Of a DNA stretch of 64,000 nucleotides, positions 38,746-49,047 are shown piece after piece (position 1 is the stretch's first letter; each line of letters opens with the position of its first letter). Source of the DNA: an uncultured Clostridium sp. (lineage in GTDB: Bacteria > Bacillota > Clostridia > TANB77 > CAG-508); assembly GCA_930990645.1 (NCBI GenBank), contig CAKNQJ010000001.1, forward strand, positions 104,153-168,152, written 5' to 3'. The notes below the pieces were generated by a model. It ran no database searches and was not told the DNA's origin. It was given only the letters and a program-made list of their open reading frames with translations. The translations under genes and the position numbers were made by a program.

Positions 38746-38751
38746 ATAGTT

Positions 38752-41700
38752 ATGAGCTTAAGAATTATCTATGGTAAGTCTGGTACTGGGAAGAGTACAT
38801 ACATATTTAATGAAATAGCAGACAAAATAAAGCAAAGCAATAGAAAAATATATATTATAACGCCTGAGCAGTTTTCTTTTACTGCGGAGAAGAAGCTACT
38901 AGATTCAATTGATGCTCCTTCTGTGATTTCTGCTGAGGTTTTGACTTTTAATCGTATGGCATATAGAGTTATGAAAGAGCTTGGAAATGCCAACATAAAT
39001 AACTTATCTTCAACAGGCAAGTCAATGCTTATTTTTGACATTTTGTCTGAGCAGAAAAACAATCTAAAGTTTATTGGAAAGTCTTCTGAAAATATAGAGA
39101 TGATTGGCACTCAAATAACTGAGTTTAAGAAACATGGTATTACAGCAGAAAATTTGAAGAATGTCATGGAGAATACAGAGGATAAGTATTTGAAGGCAAA
39201 GATTAATGATATGCTAAGTGTGTATGAAAAGTATACAGAAGAGATTTCAAATGATTATATAGATGAAAATGATAGTTTGACGATACTTGCAGAAAAGTTA
39301 GACTATGTACATGATTTCGATAATACAGATATATACATAGATGAGTTTGTGGGCTTTACTCACCAAGAATATGAGATAATAAGGAAACTTTTAACTAAGG
39401 CGAATGAAGTAAATATTACTGTATGCACAGATGATACGAATTTAAGCGAAAACCAAGATACAGATGTATTTTGTGCAAATAAAACAACTTTGGATAAAGT
39501 ATATTACATAGCCAAACAAGAAGGTGTAAAAATAGAAAAGCCTATATGCTTAGACACATTATATAGGTTTAAAAGTGATGAGTTAAAGCATTTGGAAGAA
39601 AATATATATGCATTTCCATATAAAAAATATGATAGAAATGTGAAAGATATAGAGCTATTTTTGGCTAAAAATCAATATTCTGAGATAGAGCATGTGGCAG
39701 AGAAAATCGTAAAACTTGTACGAGATAATAATTACAGATACAATGATATATCAGTTATTACTAAGGATTTGGAGGGATATTCAAGCCTATGTAAGGCTAT
39801 ATTTAATGAATATGATATACCAGTGTTCATAGATGAGAAAAAGGATTTGAGTCAAAATATTTTAGTAAAATATTTGCTATCTGTGATAAATATTTTCGCT
39901 AAGAATTGGTCTGCATCAAGTATTTTTGAATATTTGAAAACAGGGCTTGTAAACGACATAGATGATGACGATATATGGACAATAGAAAATTATGTATTAA
40001 GATGGGGAATAAAAGGCTCTAAATGGTATAATGGAGAGTGGAATTTCTATAACGAAACTGAAGAAATCCAAGAAAAAATTTTGCATATTAGAGAGAAAAT
40101 AGCAAGCCCTTTGCTAAAATTAAAAAATGAATTATCTGGTAGTAAAGATGTAAGAACGATTACAACTAAATTATATGAATTTTTGATTAACAATGGAATT
40201 AATGCGAACTTAGAGAAGAAAATCGAAGAATTAGAGGAAATGGGCGAGGTTGAAAAAGCAAAAGAATATGAGACAAGCTACAAACTAATTATGGACTTAC
40301 TAGATGAGATGGTAATGCTCTTTGACGATAAAAAAGTAAGTTTTGATAAATATGCAGAAATGCTAAAAATAGGATTAGGAAATAGTGGACTTGGAAAAAT
40401 ACCTGGTACACAAGACCAAGTTATTGTGGGAGATGTGGATAGGTCTAGGTCGCACAAGGTAAAAGCTGTATTTATTATAGGTTTAAATGATGGAATGTTC
40501 CCTAGTGTGAATAAGAACGAGGGCTATTTTAATGATAATGATAGAGAAGTTTTAAAAGGTGTAGGTGCAGAACTTGCAAAGGGGACAACAGAGAAACTTT
40601 ATGATGATAATTTTAATATATATAAAGCGTTTTCTACTTCGGAAGAAAAGCTATACTTATCATATGCTTCATCTGATTTGGAAGGAAAATCACTTAGACC
40701 ATCTATATTAATTAACAGAATAAAAAAGATATTTCCTAAACTAGAGGAGCAAAGTGATGTTGTAGAAAAGCAAAGTGAAATAATAACAAAGATGAGTACT
40801 TTCGAGACACTTTTGCATAAATTAAGTGAATTTAGAGATGGAAAAGATATAGAAGAAAAGTGGTTTGAAGTATATAATTATTATGCAAATAGTGATGAAT
40901 GGAAGGAAAAATTAGAAAATAGTTTAAAGGCTCTAAACTTTAACATTGAACCAGATAAAATAGATAAAAATATTGTCCAAAAGTTATATGGAGACACATT
41001 AAAAACCAGTGTATCGAGATTGGAACAATACAAGTCATGCCCATTTTCATACTATTTGAAATATGGATTAAGTCTTTCAGAAAGAGAAGAATTCAAAATA
41101 CAAGCAATAGACACAGGAACATTTATGCATGATGTAATAGATAGCTTTTTCGACAAAGTACAAGAAAAAGGTATTGGGTTAAAAAGCATAGAACAAGAGC
41201 AAATTGAGGAAATAGTAGACGAAATTATTGAAGAAAAGTTACAATTAAAGAAAAACTATATTTTCACAAGTATTCCGAAATATAGGGTTTTAGCAAATAG
41301 GCTAAGAAAAGTAATAAAGAAGTCCATGATATACATTGTAGACAGTTTAAAATATAGTGACTTTGAAGTAATGGGGCATGAGCTAGAATTTAAGAATGGC
41401 AAACAATATCAAGCAATACAAATGGAATTAGAAAATGGCAAAAAGGTAGAAATAACAGGGAAGATTGATAGGATAGACATAGCCAAAACTCCAGAAGGAA
41501 ACTATATAAGGATAATAGATTACAAATCATCTACAAAAGATATTAACTTAAATGAAGTTGTTGCAGGACTGCAATTGCAACTACTTACATATTTAGATGC
41601 GGTTTGCAATATCGAAGATGTAATGCCAGCAGGAGTGCTATATTTTAACCTAATTGACCCTAGCATAAAAGAGGAAAGCAAGATTAGCGAAGAAAAGTTG

Positions 41701-42102
41701 CAAGATGAGATAAGAAAACAATTTAAAATGAAGGGGCTTATTCTAGCAGATGTGGATATAGTAAAAAAGATGGACACAAAATTAGAAAAGGGAAATTCTA
41801 ACATAATTCCTGCATATATAGATAAGGATGGCAATTTATCTAATAAATCTAGTACAATAACAAGAGAGCAGTTTGAAAATTTGCAGAAATATACGAACAA
41901 AATAATCAAGCAAATCTCAAATGAAATTATGTCAGGGGATATTAATGTAAAACCATATTACAAGATCAAGAATGGTCAAACACCATGCAGTTACTGTAAA
42001 TACAAATCTGTATGCAATTTTAATACTGGCATCTGCAAAAAGCAGTATAATTATATTGGTAATGAGAGTAAGGATGCTGTGCTAGAAGAAATAGGCGGTT
42101 AG
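38752..42102 (+). CDS. addB: ATP-dependent helicase/deoxyribonuclease subunit B (AddB)
   Basis: N-terminal GKSGTGKST P-loop and a C-terminal Fe-S nuclease cysteine cluster (CPFSYY...CSYCKYKSVC); RBS AAAAAGGAG. Confidence 0.9.
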   Translation: MSLRIIYGKSGTGKSTYIFNEIADKIKQSNRKIYIITPEQFSFTAEKKLLDSIDAPSVISAEVLTFNRMAYRVMKELGNANINNLSSTGKSMLIFDILSEQKNNLKFIGKSSENIEMIGTQITEFKKHGITAENLKNVMENTEDKYLKAKINDMLSVYEKYTEEISNDYIDENDSLTILAEKLDYVHDFDNTDIYIDEFVGFTHQEYEIIRKLLTKANEVNITVCTDDTNLSENQDTDVFCANKTTLDKVYYIAKQEGVKIEKPICLDTLYRFKSDELKHLEENIYAFPYKKYDRNVKDIELFLAKNQYSEIEHVAEKIVKLVRDNNYRYNDISVITKDLEGYSSLCKAIFNEYDIPVFIDEKKDLSQNILVKYLLSVINIFAKNWSASSIFEYLKTGLVNDIDDDDIWTIENYVLRWGIKGSKWYNGEWNFYNETEEIQEKILHIREKIASPLLKLKNELSGSKDVRTITTKLYEFLINNGINANLEKKIEELEEMGEVEKAKEYETSYKLIMDLLDEMVMLFDDKKVSFDKYAEMLKIGLGNSGLGKIPGTQDQVIVGDVDRSRSHKVKAVFIIGLNDGMFPSVNKNEGYFNDNDREVLKGVGAELAKGTTEKLYDDNFNIYKAFSTSEEKLYLSYASSDLEGKSLRPSILINRIKKIFPKLEEQSDVVEKQSEIITKMSTFETLLHKLSEFRDGKDIEEKWFEVYNYYANSDEWKEKLENSLKALNFNIEPDKIDKNIVQKLYGDTLKTSVSRLEQYKSCPFSYYLKYGLSLSEREEFKIQAIDTGTFMHDVIDSFFDKVQEKGIGLKSIEQEQIEEIVDEIIEEKLQLKKNYIFTSIPKYRVLANRLRKVIKKSMIYIVDSLKYSDFEVMGHELEFKNGKQYQAIQMELENGKKVEITGKIDRIDIAKTPEGNYIRIIDYKSSTKDINLNEVVAGLQLQLLTYLDAVCNIEDVMPAGVLYFNLIDPSIKEESKISEEKLQDEIRKQFKMKGLILADVDIVKKMDTKLEKGNSNIIPAYIDKDGNLSNKSSTITREQFENLQKYTNKIIKQISNEIMSGDINVKPYYKIKNGQTPCSYCKYKSVCNFNTGICKKQYNYIGNESKDAVLEEIGG

Positions 42103-42266
42103 CGATAGAAATTTGTAGCTAAAATTTAAAAAGTCTCAAAGAACATTAAAAAAAAATTTTGAATATGTTGGTCAAGTTTCAAATTACATTTCATATTCTA
42201 ATAATTTTTTAATTGTTTTCGGGACTTTTTATAATTTAATAACGTTCTTTACTTTTACAGTAAAAA

Positions 42267-42926
42267 TCATAATGAAAAGTCTTTCTCAGCTACAGGTTGA
42301 TTTTGCTTAGTAGAAATTGACCTAGGAGAATTAATTTTTTCTAATAGTGAATTAATAGAATTAGTTAATTCTTCAGGTAATTCATTTTGTAGTTGCAAAT
42401 CACATAATACTTTTAGGTTTGAACCAAAAGAATATCTATCAAACAAATCCGGATGAAAAGTCTTTAGCGAACTTGAACATTCTAGCAATTGTAGCAATTC
42501 AGCAGGATTATTGTATGAGATTGTTCCTTTGTCTCTTTGCATTTGCTTAAGGTATAATCCTATTCCAGCCATTTTCCTTAATGCATGGTGTGAATTTTCA
42601 TCGTTTAATAGAGGTTTACCAGATAAAATGGAATTATATGCATCTTGGCATATGTGATATACAAAGTTATTTGTAGAAATATTACACCTTTCAAAATCTT
42701 TTGAACGTATATCCCACATTTGTGAAAGAGTATCGACATTTACAGGATGTCCCTCGTGGGCATACTTTGCACCAAATAAAAACAAATTTGTCATTTCGTA
42801 AGCATTTGGGTCTTTTGCCCAATCAAAAGCATCTCTGTTTTCTTTTATCCAATTTAAAACATTCTCAGCAGTGTTATTAAAACTATAACTTGGAATGTTA
42901 TCTTGAAAATTAAAATTATAATCCAT
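42267..42926 (-). CDS. Hypothetical protein
   Basis: 219 aa; RBS AGGTGA; no recognisable family. Confidence 0.45.
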   Translation of the reverse strand: MDYNFNFQDNIPSYSFNNTAENVLNWIKENRDAFDWAKDPNAYEMTNLFLFGAKYAHEGHPVNVDTLSQMWDIRSKDFERCNISTNNFVYHICQDAYNSILSGKPLLNDENSHHALRKMAGIGLYLKQMQRDKGTISYNNPAELLQLLECSSSLKTFHPDLFDRYSFGSNLKVLCDLQLQNELPEELTNSINSLLEKINSPRSISTKQNQPVAEKDFSL

Positions 42927-43207
42927 ATAAAATCACCTACTCATAATATTTGCAATCTAAGAATAAAAATACAGGTAATAATTGGTTAGTATTTAAATTC
43001 AGTATCAAGAGCAAAATTTTCTTGATATCGAATTCAAATAATGATAATATAATTATACTATGTAATATATAAAAAGTAAAAGAAAGAAAAAGTTGAAAAA
43101 TAATGCAGAAATATAGTTACTACTACGAAATATATTATCTATTTGAATTATAACTAATATAATTTTTTTCTAAAATAATTTGATTTTAAGGGAAGGAATG
43201 AGAAAAA

Positions 43208-43999
43208 ATGTTTAATAATGAAATAGTGCTAAAGAAGGATAGTGATGGAACCGAAATTTTGCAATTCAAGAGATTGCTTGAGTTTCCAAATCTAAAACAC
43301 TGCTATACTTTAAGAAAAAATGGCATTAATGTTTATGCAAAACATAATGAACAAGATTTGATCGAAAGCTATAAAAAAGTAGCTAAGGCATTAGATTTTG
43401 ATTATAGAAATATAGTAAAACCACATCAAACTCATACTGATAGAATAGAAAATGTAAATAATTCTAATGAAGAATTTGAAGAAGTTGATGGGCTAATTAC
43501 TGATAGACAAAATATTTTTCTTTGCACTACTTCTGCAGATTGCACATCTTTATTATTTTATGATGATAACAAAAAAGTTATTGCAGATATCCACTCTGGG
43601 TGGAAAGGAACTTTAAAGCAAATAGGTAGAAAAGCAGTAGAGAAAATGATCAAAGAATATAATTGTAATCCAAAAGACATTATATGCTGTATAGGACCAT
43701 GCATACGAAAATGTCATTTTGAAGTAGATGAAGATGTAATGAAACTATTTAAAAATGAGTTTGAATATACTGGAAGAATTGATGAAATAATAGAAAAAGG
43801 TAGGGTAATAGAGAATGTTCAAAAATACAATATAGATACCACTTTGATAAATAAAATCATACTAGAAGAAGCGGGCTTATTAAAAGAAAACATTATAGAT
43901 AGTGAACTTTGTACAGTATGCAATTCAAGTTTATTTCATTCATACAGAGCAGACAAAGAAAAATCAGGAAGAAATGGTGCTTTTATAGGAATGATGTAG
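43208..43999 (+). CDS. pgeF: Purine nucleoside phosphorylase / peptidoglycan editing factor PgeF (YfiH/DUF152)
   Basis: Conserved H...C...H motifs (HQTHTD, CTSADC, HSGWKG). Confidence 0.85.
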   Translation: MFNNEIVLKKDSDGTEILQFKRLLEFPNLKHCYTLRKNGINVYAKHNEQDLIESYKKVAKALDFDYRNIVKPHQTHTDRIENVNNSNEEFEEVDGLITDRQNIFLCTTSADCTSLLFYDDNKKVIADIHSGWKGTLKQIGRKAVEKMIKEYNCNPKDIICCIGPCIRKCHFEVDEDVMKLFKNEFEYTGRIDEIIEKGRVIENVQKYNIDTTLINKIILEEAGLLKENIIDSELCTVCNSSLFHSYRADKEKSGRNGAFIGMM

Positions 44000-44129
44000 T
44001 AAACTAGAAATAAAATTAATAACACAGAAAAAAGTATCAAACAAGTTGAAAAAGAACAATTTAAAAGATTAAAAGATAAGAAAACAAAGCTAATGCTAGA
44101 TGACTAATAAGAAACTTCGATTTTTTCTA

Positions 44130-44169
44130 TACAATAATAAATAAACCGGAGACCGCAAAAGCGGTCTCC
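44130..44169 (-). terminator. Intrinsic terminator GGAGACCGC-tttt-GCGGTCTCC plus a U-rich tail (minus strand)
   Basis: 9-bp GC-rich stem; the T-run lies on the minus strand side. Confidence 0.6.
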
Positions 44170-44178
44170 TAAAAAAAA

Positions 44179-44868
44179 TTAACGGATTTCGGTCATGATC
44201 TCTTCAATCATGCCTCCTACATGTCCGGCAAACGGATTGAATGAACGAAGATACGTAAGAGTATTTTCCATAACATCCCAATCTAAGAACATCAACTCTC
44301 GCTCAATACTTGAAGTCTGGAATAAGTTCAAGTCCTTAGCCACAGGCACTTCTTCAATGTAAGGAAAAAGAAGACGTAATTTACAATCTACTTTGTTCCA
44401 ATCTTCGCTTAACAATCTGGTTTGAAGTTGCAAAACTTCATAACTGCTACTTGTTAACACAAACTGATTATCTAAGCACTTCTTGAGTTTTTCCTCAATG
44501 CCCAGACGAAAGTTTACTATAGCATCAGTGATTAGATGCCATAGGTAGCCCTTCCAGAAAGGATTATTCTTTTCAGAAGGGTCTAGTTCTCCCCAGAACA
44601 CGTTGACATGAGGGAAGGTTTCCCTTCCAAAGTGCATGCCAGAAGTATGAGAAAAACGCTCCTTCTGACGAACACGTGAGGCAAATGCTTCCTCAAAGTT
44701 AGGCATGTCTTCCGTTTGACACGAAAGATAAAAATCTCTTGCAGCTTCGAATCCGTCTGATTTGTATTTTGCTTTTAACAGATTTGGAAGTAGACAACCA
44801 GTTACAAAACTCCGGTTGTCGAGAACTGCAGGAGAACATGCCGCCAGATACACTGCATAACTATGCAT
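44179..44868 (-). CDS. Hypothetical protein in a higher-GC segment
   Basis: ~40% GC versus ~28% background; RBS GGAGAC at the internal ATG (MHSYAV...); no recognisable family. Confidence 0.45.
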   Translation of the reverse strand: MHSYAVYLAACSPAVLDNRSFVTGCLLPNLLKAKYKSDGFEAARDFYLSCQTEDMPNFEEAFASRVRQKERFSHTSGMHFGRETFPHVNVFWGELDPSEKNNPFWKGYLWHLITDAIVNFRLGIEEKLKKCLDNQFVLTSSSYEVLQLQTRLLSEDWNKVDCKLRLLFPYIEEVPVAKDLNLFQTSSIERELMFLDWDVMENTLTYLRSFNPFAGHVGGMIEEIMTEIR

Positions 44869-45036
44869 AATGTCTCCTTTCATCCGGCGTTCCATTTAAT
44901 TGTATGGAACTATGCTAATGACCTACATAAATTATTATACTATGAATATGTACTTATGTCAATAAACTTATAGATAAAATTTACAATCATTTCCAATGAT
45001 TATTACAATTCACAGATAAAAATAATCTATTAAAAG

Positions 45037-45115
45037 TCCGTTCCATCTTGCTGGTAGATATATATTGTGTTCTCCACGCATTCGAACAAAATATATATCT
45101 ACCACGTGGAACTAC
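45037..45115. repeat. 79-bp MITE-like palindromic element, copy C
   Basis: TCCGTTCCATCTTGCTGG-TAGATATATATT-...-AATATATATCTA-CCACGTGGAACTAC. Confidence 0.8.
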
Positions 45116-45272
45116 AAAGCATAGAAATTAGGTAAAGTAATTCTTTAAAGCATATCATACTGAACAGAAACCAAATAGTGACATTTAAAGTAACTTTTCT
45201 GCGAAAGCAATTGAAAATTCGTTAAAAAAGTGGTAAGATAGAAGGGCAGTTATAAAAAAGGAGAGTAAAAAA

Positions 45273-46181
45273 ATGTTTGAAAAAATAAAGAAAGGTGATA
45301 CGATAGGTGTAATTGCACCATCATCGAAGATAGATAAAGACGATTTAGAAGTTATAAATAATTCTGTACTTTTAATGGAAAGCACTGGACTTAAAATTAA
45401 GTTTGGAAAAAATGCTTTTAAAAACACATTAGGATATGGAGCAACACCTAAGGAAAAGGCAGAAGATATAAATGAGATGTTTGCAGATAAAGAAGTAAAA
45501 ATGATTTTTTGTGTAAGTGGGGGATTTAATTCAAATACAGTTTTTGAGTATTTAGATTATGAGTTAATAAAACAAAATCCAAAGCCATTATGTGGATTTA
45601 GTGATAGCACATCTTTGGAAAATGTAATATATTCTAAAACAGGAGTGATTGCCTTTAACGGACCTACTTTTAAAGCTTTGACATCATGGGCGACTCCATA
45701 TGCATATGAAGAAGTGATAAAAAGATTTATAAAAGGTGAAATGACACTTGGACAAGATGATGATGAATACATAACTGTGCAAGAAGGAATAGCAGAAGGA
45801 GTACTAGTTGGTGGAAACTTAAGCTTAGTAAATGAAATGTCATGTGGAAATTATAGTATAGACTTTACAGATAAAATATTATTTATAGAAGAATTTTGCT
45901 TAGAATCACCGCCAGAACTTGTGTCAAATTATTTATACCATATGAAGCAAAATGGTGTATTTGATAAGCTAAGAGGTATATGGGTAGGAAATTATGATGG
46001 CAGTGTGGCATTAGAAAAAATATTGTTAGATGTTTTAGAAGGAGAATATAAATTTCCAATAATAAAGTCAAATAATTTTGGACACACAGAAAAGAAAACT
46101 GTAATACCAGTTGGAGGAAAAGCTAGAATTGATACTAGTAAAAAGGTAAAAATAGAGATAATAGAGAATTTTATGGCTTAA
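45273..46181 (+). CDS. LD-carboxypeptidase (peptidase S66)
   Basis: GFSDST serine nucleophile region and conserved E/H. Confidence 0.8.
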   Translation: MFEKIKKGDTIGVIAPSSKIDKDDLEVINNSVLLMESTGLKIKFGKNAFKNTLGYGATPKEKAEDINEMFADKEVKMIFCVSGGFNSNTVFEYLDYELIKQNPKPLCGFSDSTSLENVIYSKTGVIAFNGPTFKALTSWATPYAYEEVIKRFIKGEMTLGQDDDEYITVQEGIAEGVLVGGNLSLVNEMSCGNYSIDFTDKILFIEEFCLESPPELVSNYLYHMKQNGVFDKLRGIWVGNYDGSVALEKILLDVLEGEYKFPIIKSNNFGHTEKKTVIPVGGKARIDTSKKVKIEIIENFMA

Positions 46182-46184
46182 TGA

Positions 46185-46250
46185 GGCTCGAACGAAGGAA
46201 ACGGAGCATTCGTTCGACATTTCGAATAAGATGGACACACCTTTTAATTT
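46185..46250. repeat. Hairpin TCGAACGAA-ggaaACGGAGCA-TTCGTTCGA plus a GACACACCT box
   Basis: Contains the ACGGAGCATT variant motif. Confidence 0.6.
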
Positions 46251-46332
46251 AAAAGACTGAAAGAGTGAAAACCTAATTTTTCGAAAGCTGGAAAATTGAG
46301 AATATTTTTTGTCCAATGAGAAAGGAAAAGAA

Positions 46333-46896
46333 ATGTACAATAATTGGGAAGAACTAGAAGAATCAATAGAAAAATGTAATAAATGTAAATTATGTAAGAC
46401 TAGACAAAATATTGTCTTTGGAGTAGGAAATAGAAATGCAGATATTATGCTAATTGGTGAAGGTCCAGGAGCAGATGAGGATAGGCAAGGTTTTCCTTTT
46501 GTTGGAAGAGCAGGACAACTTATGGACAAGGCTTTTGAAGGCTTGGGAATAGAAAGAAATAACGTATATATTGCAAATATAGTAAAATGTAGACCGCCTG
46601 GGAACAGAGTACCAGAAGATGATGAAGCAGCATCATGCTTAGATTATTTACGTAATCAAGTGATTTTAGTTAAACCAAAAATAATTGTACTACTGGGAAG
46701 CACAGCACTAAAAAATATCTGTGGTAAAGAATATGGCATAACATCGGCAAGAGGTAAATGGATAGAAAAGAAAGGAATACTGTATATGCCAACATGGCAT
46801 CCTGCAGCACTTTTAAGAGATGAAAACAAAAAGATAGAGTTTTGGAAGGATCTTAAGGAAGTTGTAAGAAAGTACAAGGAGATAGAAAATAATTAA
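46333..46896 (+). CDS. Uracil-DNA glycosylase, family 4
   Basis: CNKCKLCKTR Fe-S motif, GEGPG and FVGRAGQLMD motifs. Confidence 0.8.
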   Translation: MYNNWEELEESIEKCNKCKLCKTRQNIVFGVGNRNADIMLIGEGPGADEDRQGFPFVGRAGQLMDKAFEGLGIERNNVYIANIVKCRPPGNRVPEDDEAASCLDYLRNQVILVKPKIIVLLGSTALKNICGKEYGITSARGKWIEKKGILYMPTWHPAALLRDENKKIEFWKDLKEVVRKYKEIENN

Positions 46897-46922
46897 TATA
46901 GATACAAGGAATGTGATAAAAA

Positions 46923-47480
46923 ATGAATAGTAAATATTATGAAAAAATAGATTATGAATTGTTAAATAAAAGAGTAGCATATCGTGGAAAAAGAGTTACA
47001 GTTAATGAATTATATTTTAGAAATCCAAGAACTGACCAGATGATATATAGAGAGCATGTTTTGGCAGGAAATGCAGCTATAATAGTGCCTGTTACAGATG
47101 ATGGGAACTTTATTATGATTAGGGAGCCACGTACACCTATAAGATTAAAAGTTTTAGCATTTCCCGCAGGAATGATAGAAAAAGGTGAAACTCCAGAAGT
47201 GGCGGCATTAAGAGAATTAGAGGAAGAAACAGGATATAAAGCAGAATATATAAAAAAGATGCTTGAAGTATATACTGAAATAGGATATTCTGATGAAAAA
47301 ATAACAATATTTTTAGCTAAAGATTTAAAATATACACACAGGCATTTAGATGAAACAGAAGACATAGAAGTAGTCAAAGTACCAATTGAAGAAGTAAGAG
47401 AGATGTTAAAGAAAAATGAGATAATTACTTCGACTGAGACTGTGGCTTTGCTTCATTATTTTATGTATGAAAGGAACTAG
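46923..47480 (+). CDS. NUDIX hydrolase (ADP-ribose pyrophosphatase-like)
   Basis: Nudix box GMIEKGETPEVAALRELEEETGY. Confidence 0.85.
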   Translation: MNSKYYEKIDYELLNKRVAYRGKRVTVNELYFRNPRTDQMIYREHVLAGNAAIIVPVTDDGNFIMIREPRTPIRLKVLAFPAGMIEKGETPEVAALRELEEETGYKAEYIKKMLEVYTEIGYSDEKITIFLAKDLKYTHRHLDETEDIEVVKVPIEEVREMLKKNEIITSTETVALLHYFMYERN

Positions 47481-47484
47481 AAAA

Positions 47485-48810
47485 ATGAACGAAGAGATAC
47501 AAAAATATGCGGAGTATTGTTTGAACTGCCCAATGAAACCATGTAGTCAAAAGGGGTGTCCTTTAAACAACGATATACCAGCATTTATAAAACAAGTTAA
47601 AGAAGGAAATATAGAAGAAGCATTTAAAATTTTGTCGAGAACCACTGTATTAGGTAGTATTTGTGGAAGAATATGCCCACATATGAAACAGTGTCAAGGA
47701 AGTTGCGTAAGAGGAATTAAAGGAGAGTCTGTTCAAATAGGAAATTTAGAAGCATATATATTTGATGAAGCTTTAAAAAATGGTTGGTATAAAAACATAG
47801 AAAAAACAGATGAGCTAAAAGGCAAAAAGGTGGCCGTAGTAGGTGGTGGACCTGCGGGCCTTACATGTAGTAGCTTTTTAGCGAGAAGCGGAGCAGATGT
47901 TACTATATACGAAAAGTATGAAAAGCTTGGAGGAATACTAGAACACGGAATACCAGAATTTAGACTAGAAAAAGATATTTTAGAAAAGACCATTGAGGCT
48001 ATTTTAAGTATAGGAATAAAAGTAGAGTATAATAGAGAATTAGGTAAAAACTTGGATTTAAAAGAACTAGAAAATGAATATGATGCCATATTCTTAAGTT
48101 TTGGAGCGAATATTCCTTCAAAAATGAATATCGAAGGAGAAGATTTAGAAGGAGTATATGGCGGAAATAGTTTACTAGAATATGGAAACCATCCATCATA
48201 TAAAGGCAAAAAAGTAGCTGTGATAGGTGGGGGAAATGTGGCTATGGATTGTTGCAGGACGATTAAGCGTTTGGGTGCAGATAAAGTATATGTAATATAC
48301 AGAAGAGCAGAAAAGCAAATGCCAGCAGAAGTAAAAGAAATAGCAGAGGCAAAAGAAGAAGGAATAGAATTTTTATTCCAAAACAATATTGTAAGAATAA
48401 TTGGAAAGAAAGATATAGTTAAAAAAGGAGATGCAGAAAAGGCAGAAATAGAAAAAAATGTAGAGGCAACAGACAGAGTAGAAAAAATAGAATGTATAAG
48501 GACAAAGCTTGTAAAGAAAGAGGGAGAAACAAGAGAAGTACCAATAAATATAGAAGGTAGCAATTACGAAATGGACATGGATTATGTGGTAATGGCAGTA
48601 GGTTCAAGTCCAGAAAAAGAACTACTAGAGAAATTAGAACAATCAGGCATAGAGCTAAACAAATGGGGATATATACAAGTAGATGAAAATCATAGAACAT
48701 CAAATAAAAAAGTATTTGCAGGAGGAGATTTGGCAGGAGATAAGTCTACTGTTGCATGGGCAGCAAGAGCAGGAAGAGACGTAGCTCGAACGATAATGAC
48801 GGAGCATTGA
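47485..48810 (+). CDS. NAD(P)H-dependent oxidoreductase, glutamate synthase small-subunit (GltD)-like with an N-terminal Fe-S domain
   Basis: Cys clusters and two Rossmann GxGxxG motifs (VVGGGPAG, VIGGGNVA). Confidence 0.75.
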   Translation: MNEEIQKYAEYCLNCPMKPCSQKGCPLNNDIPAFIKQVKEGNIEEAFKILSRTTVLGSICGRICPHMKQCQGSCVRGIKGESVQIGNLEAYIFDEALKNGWYKNIEKTDELKGKKVAVVGGGPAGLTCSSFLARSGADVTIYEKYEKLGGILEHGIPEFRLEKDILEKTIEAILSIGIKVEYNRELGKNLDLKELENEYDAIFLSFGANIPSKMNIEGEDLEGVYGGNSLLEYGNHPSYKGKKVAVIGGGNVAMDCCRTIKRLGADKVYVIYRRAEKQMPAEVKEIAEAKEEGIEFLFQNNIVRIIGKKDIVKKGDAEKAEIEKNVEATDRVEKIECIRTKLVKKEGETREVPINIEGSNYEMDMDYVVMAVGSSPEKELLEKLEQSGIELNKWGYIQVDENHRTSNKKVFAGGDLAGDKSTVAWAARAGRDVARTIMTEH

Positions 48811-48950
48811 CAAAGGGGACACTTCTTTTTGTCAATCTTTCTTTACACTTGGGGACACTTCTAAAGTGTAAAAAAACTTTGACAAAAGGGACACTTCTAA
48901 AGTATAAAAAACTTTTATAAAAAAAGAGTGACCTCTTTGTCAATTTTGTA
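48798..48950. repeat. GACGGAGCATTGA / GGGGACACTTC box cluster (4 boxes)
   Basis: The first box overlaps the stop codon of the preceding gene; also contains TTGACAAAAGGGACACTTC units. Confidence 0.8.
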
Positions 48951-49047
48951 ACAATCTTGTAACATAAATGTAATATAATTGTAATATTACTTTTGCATTT
49001 TTTGTAGTATAATATTGATATATGTAAGAAACTAAGGAGAAATACGT

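Noticed and set aside
38674-38751. ORF-track N-terminal extension of addB (MRPETCPQNENFF...)
   Set aside because: It is translated from repeat boxes. The true start ATG at 38752 has a good RBS and gives the canonical AddB N-terminus.
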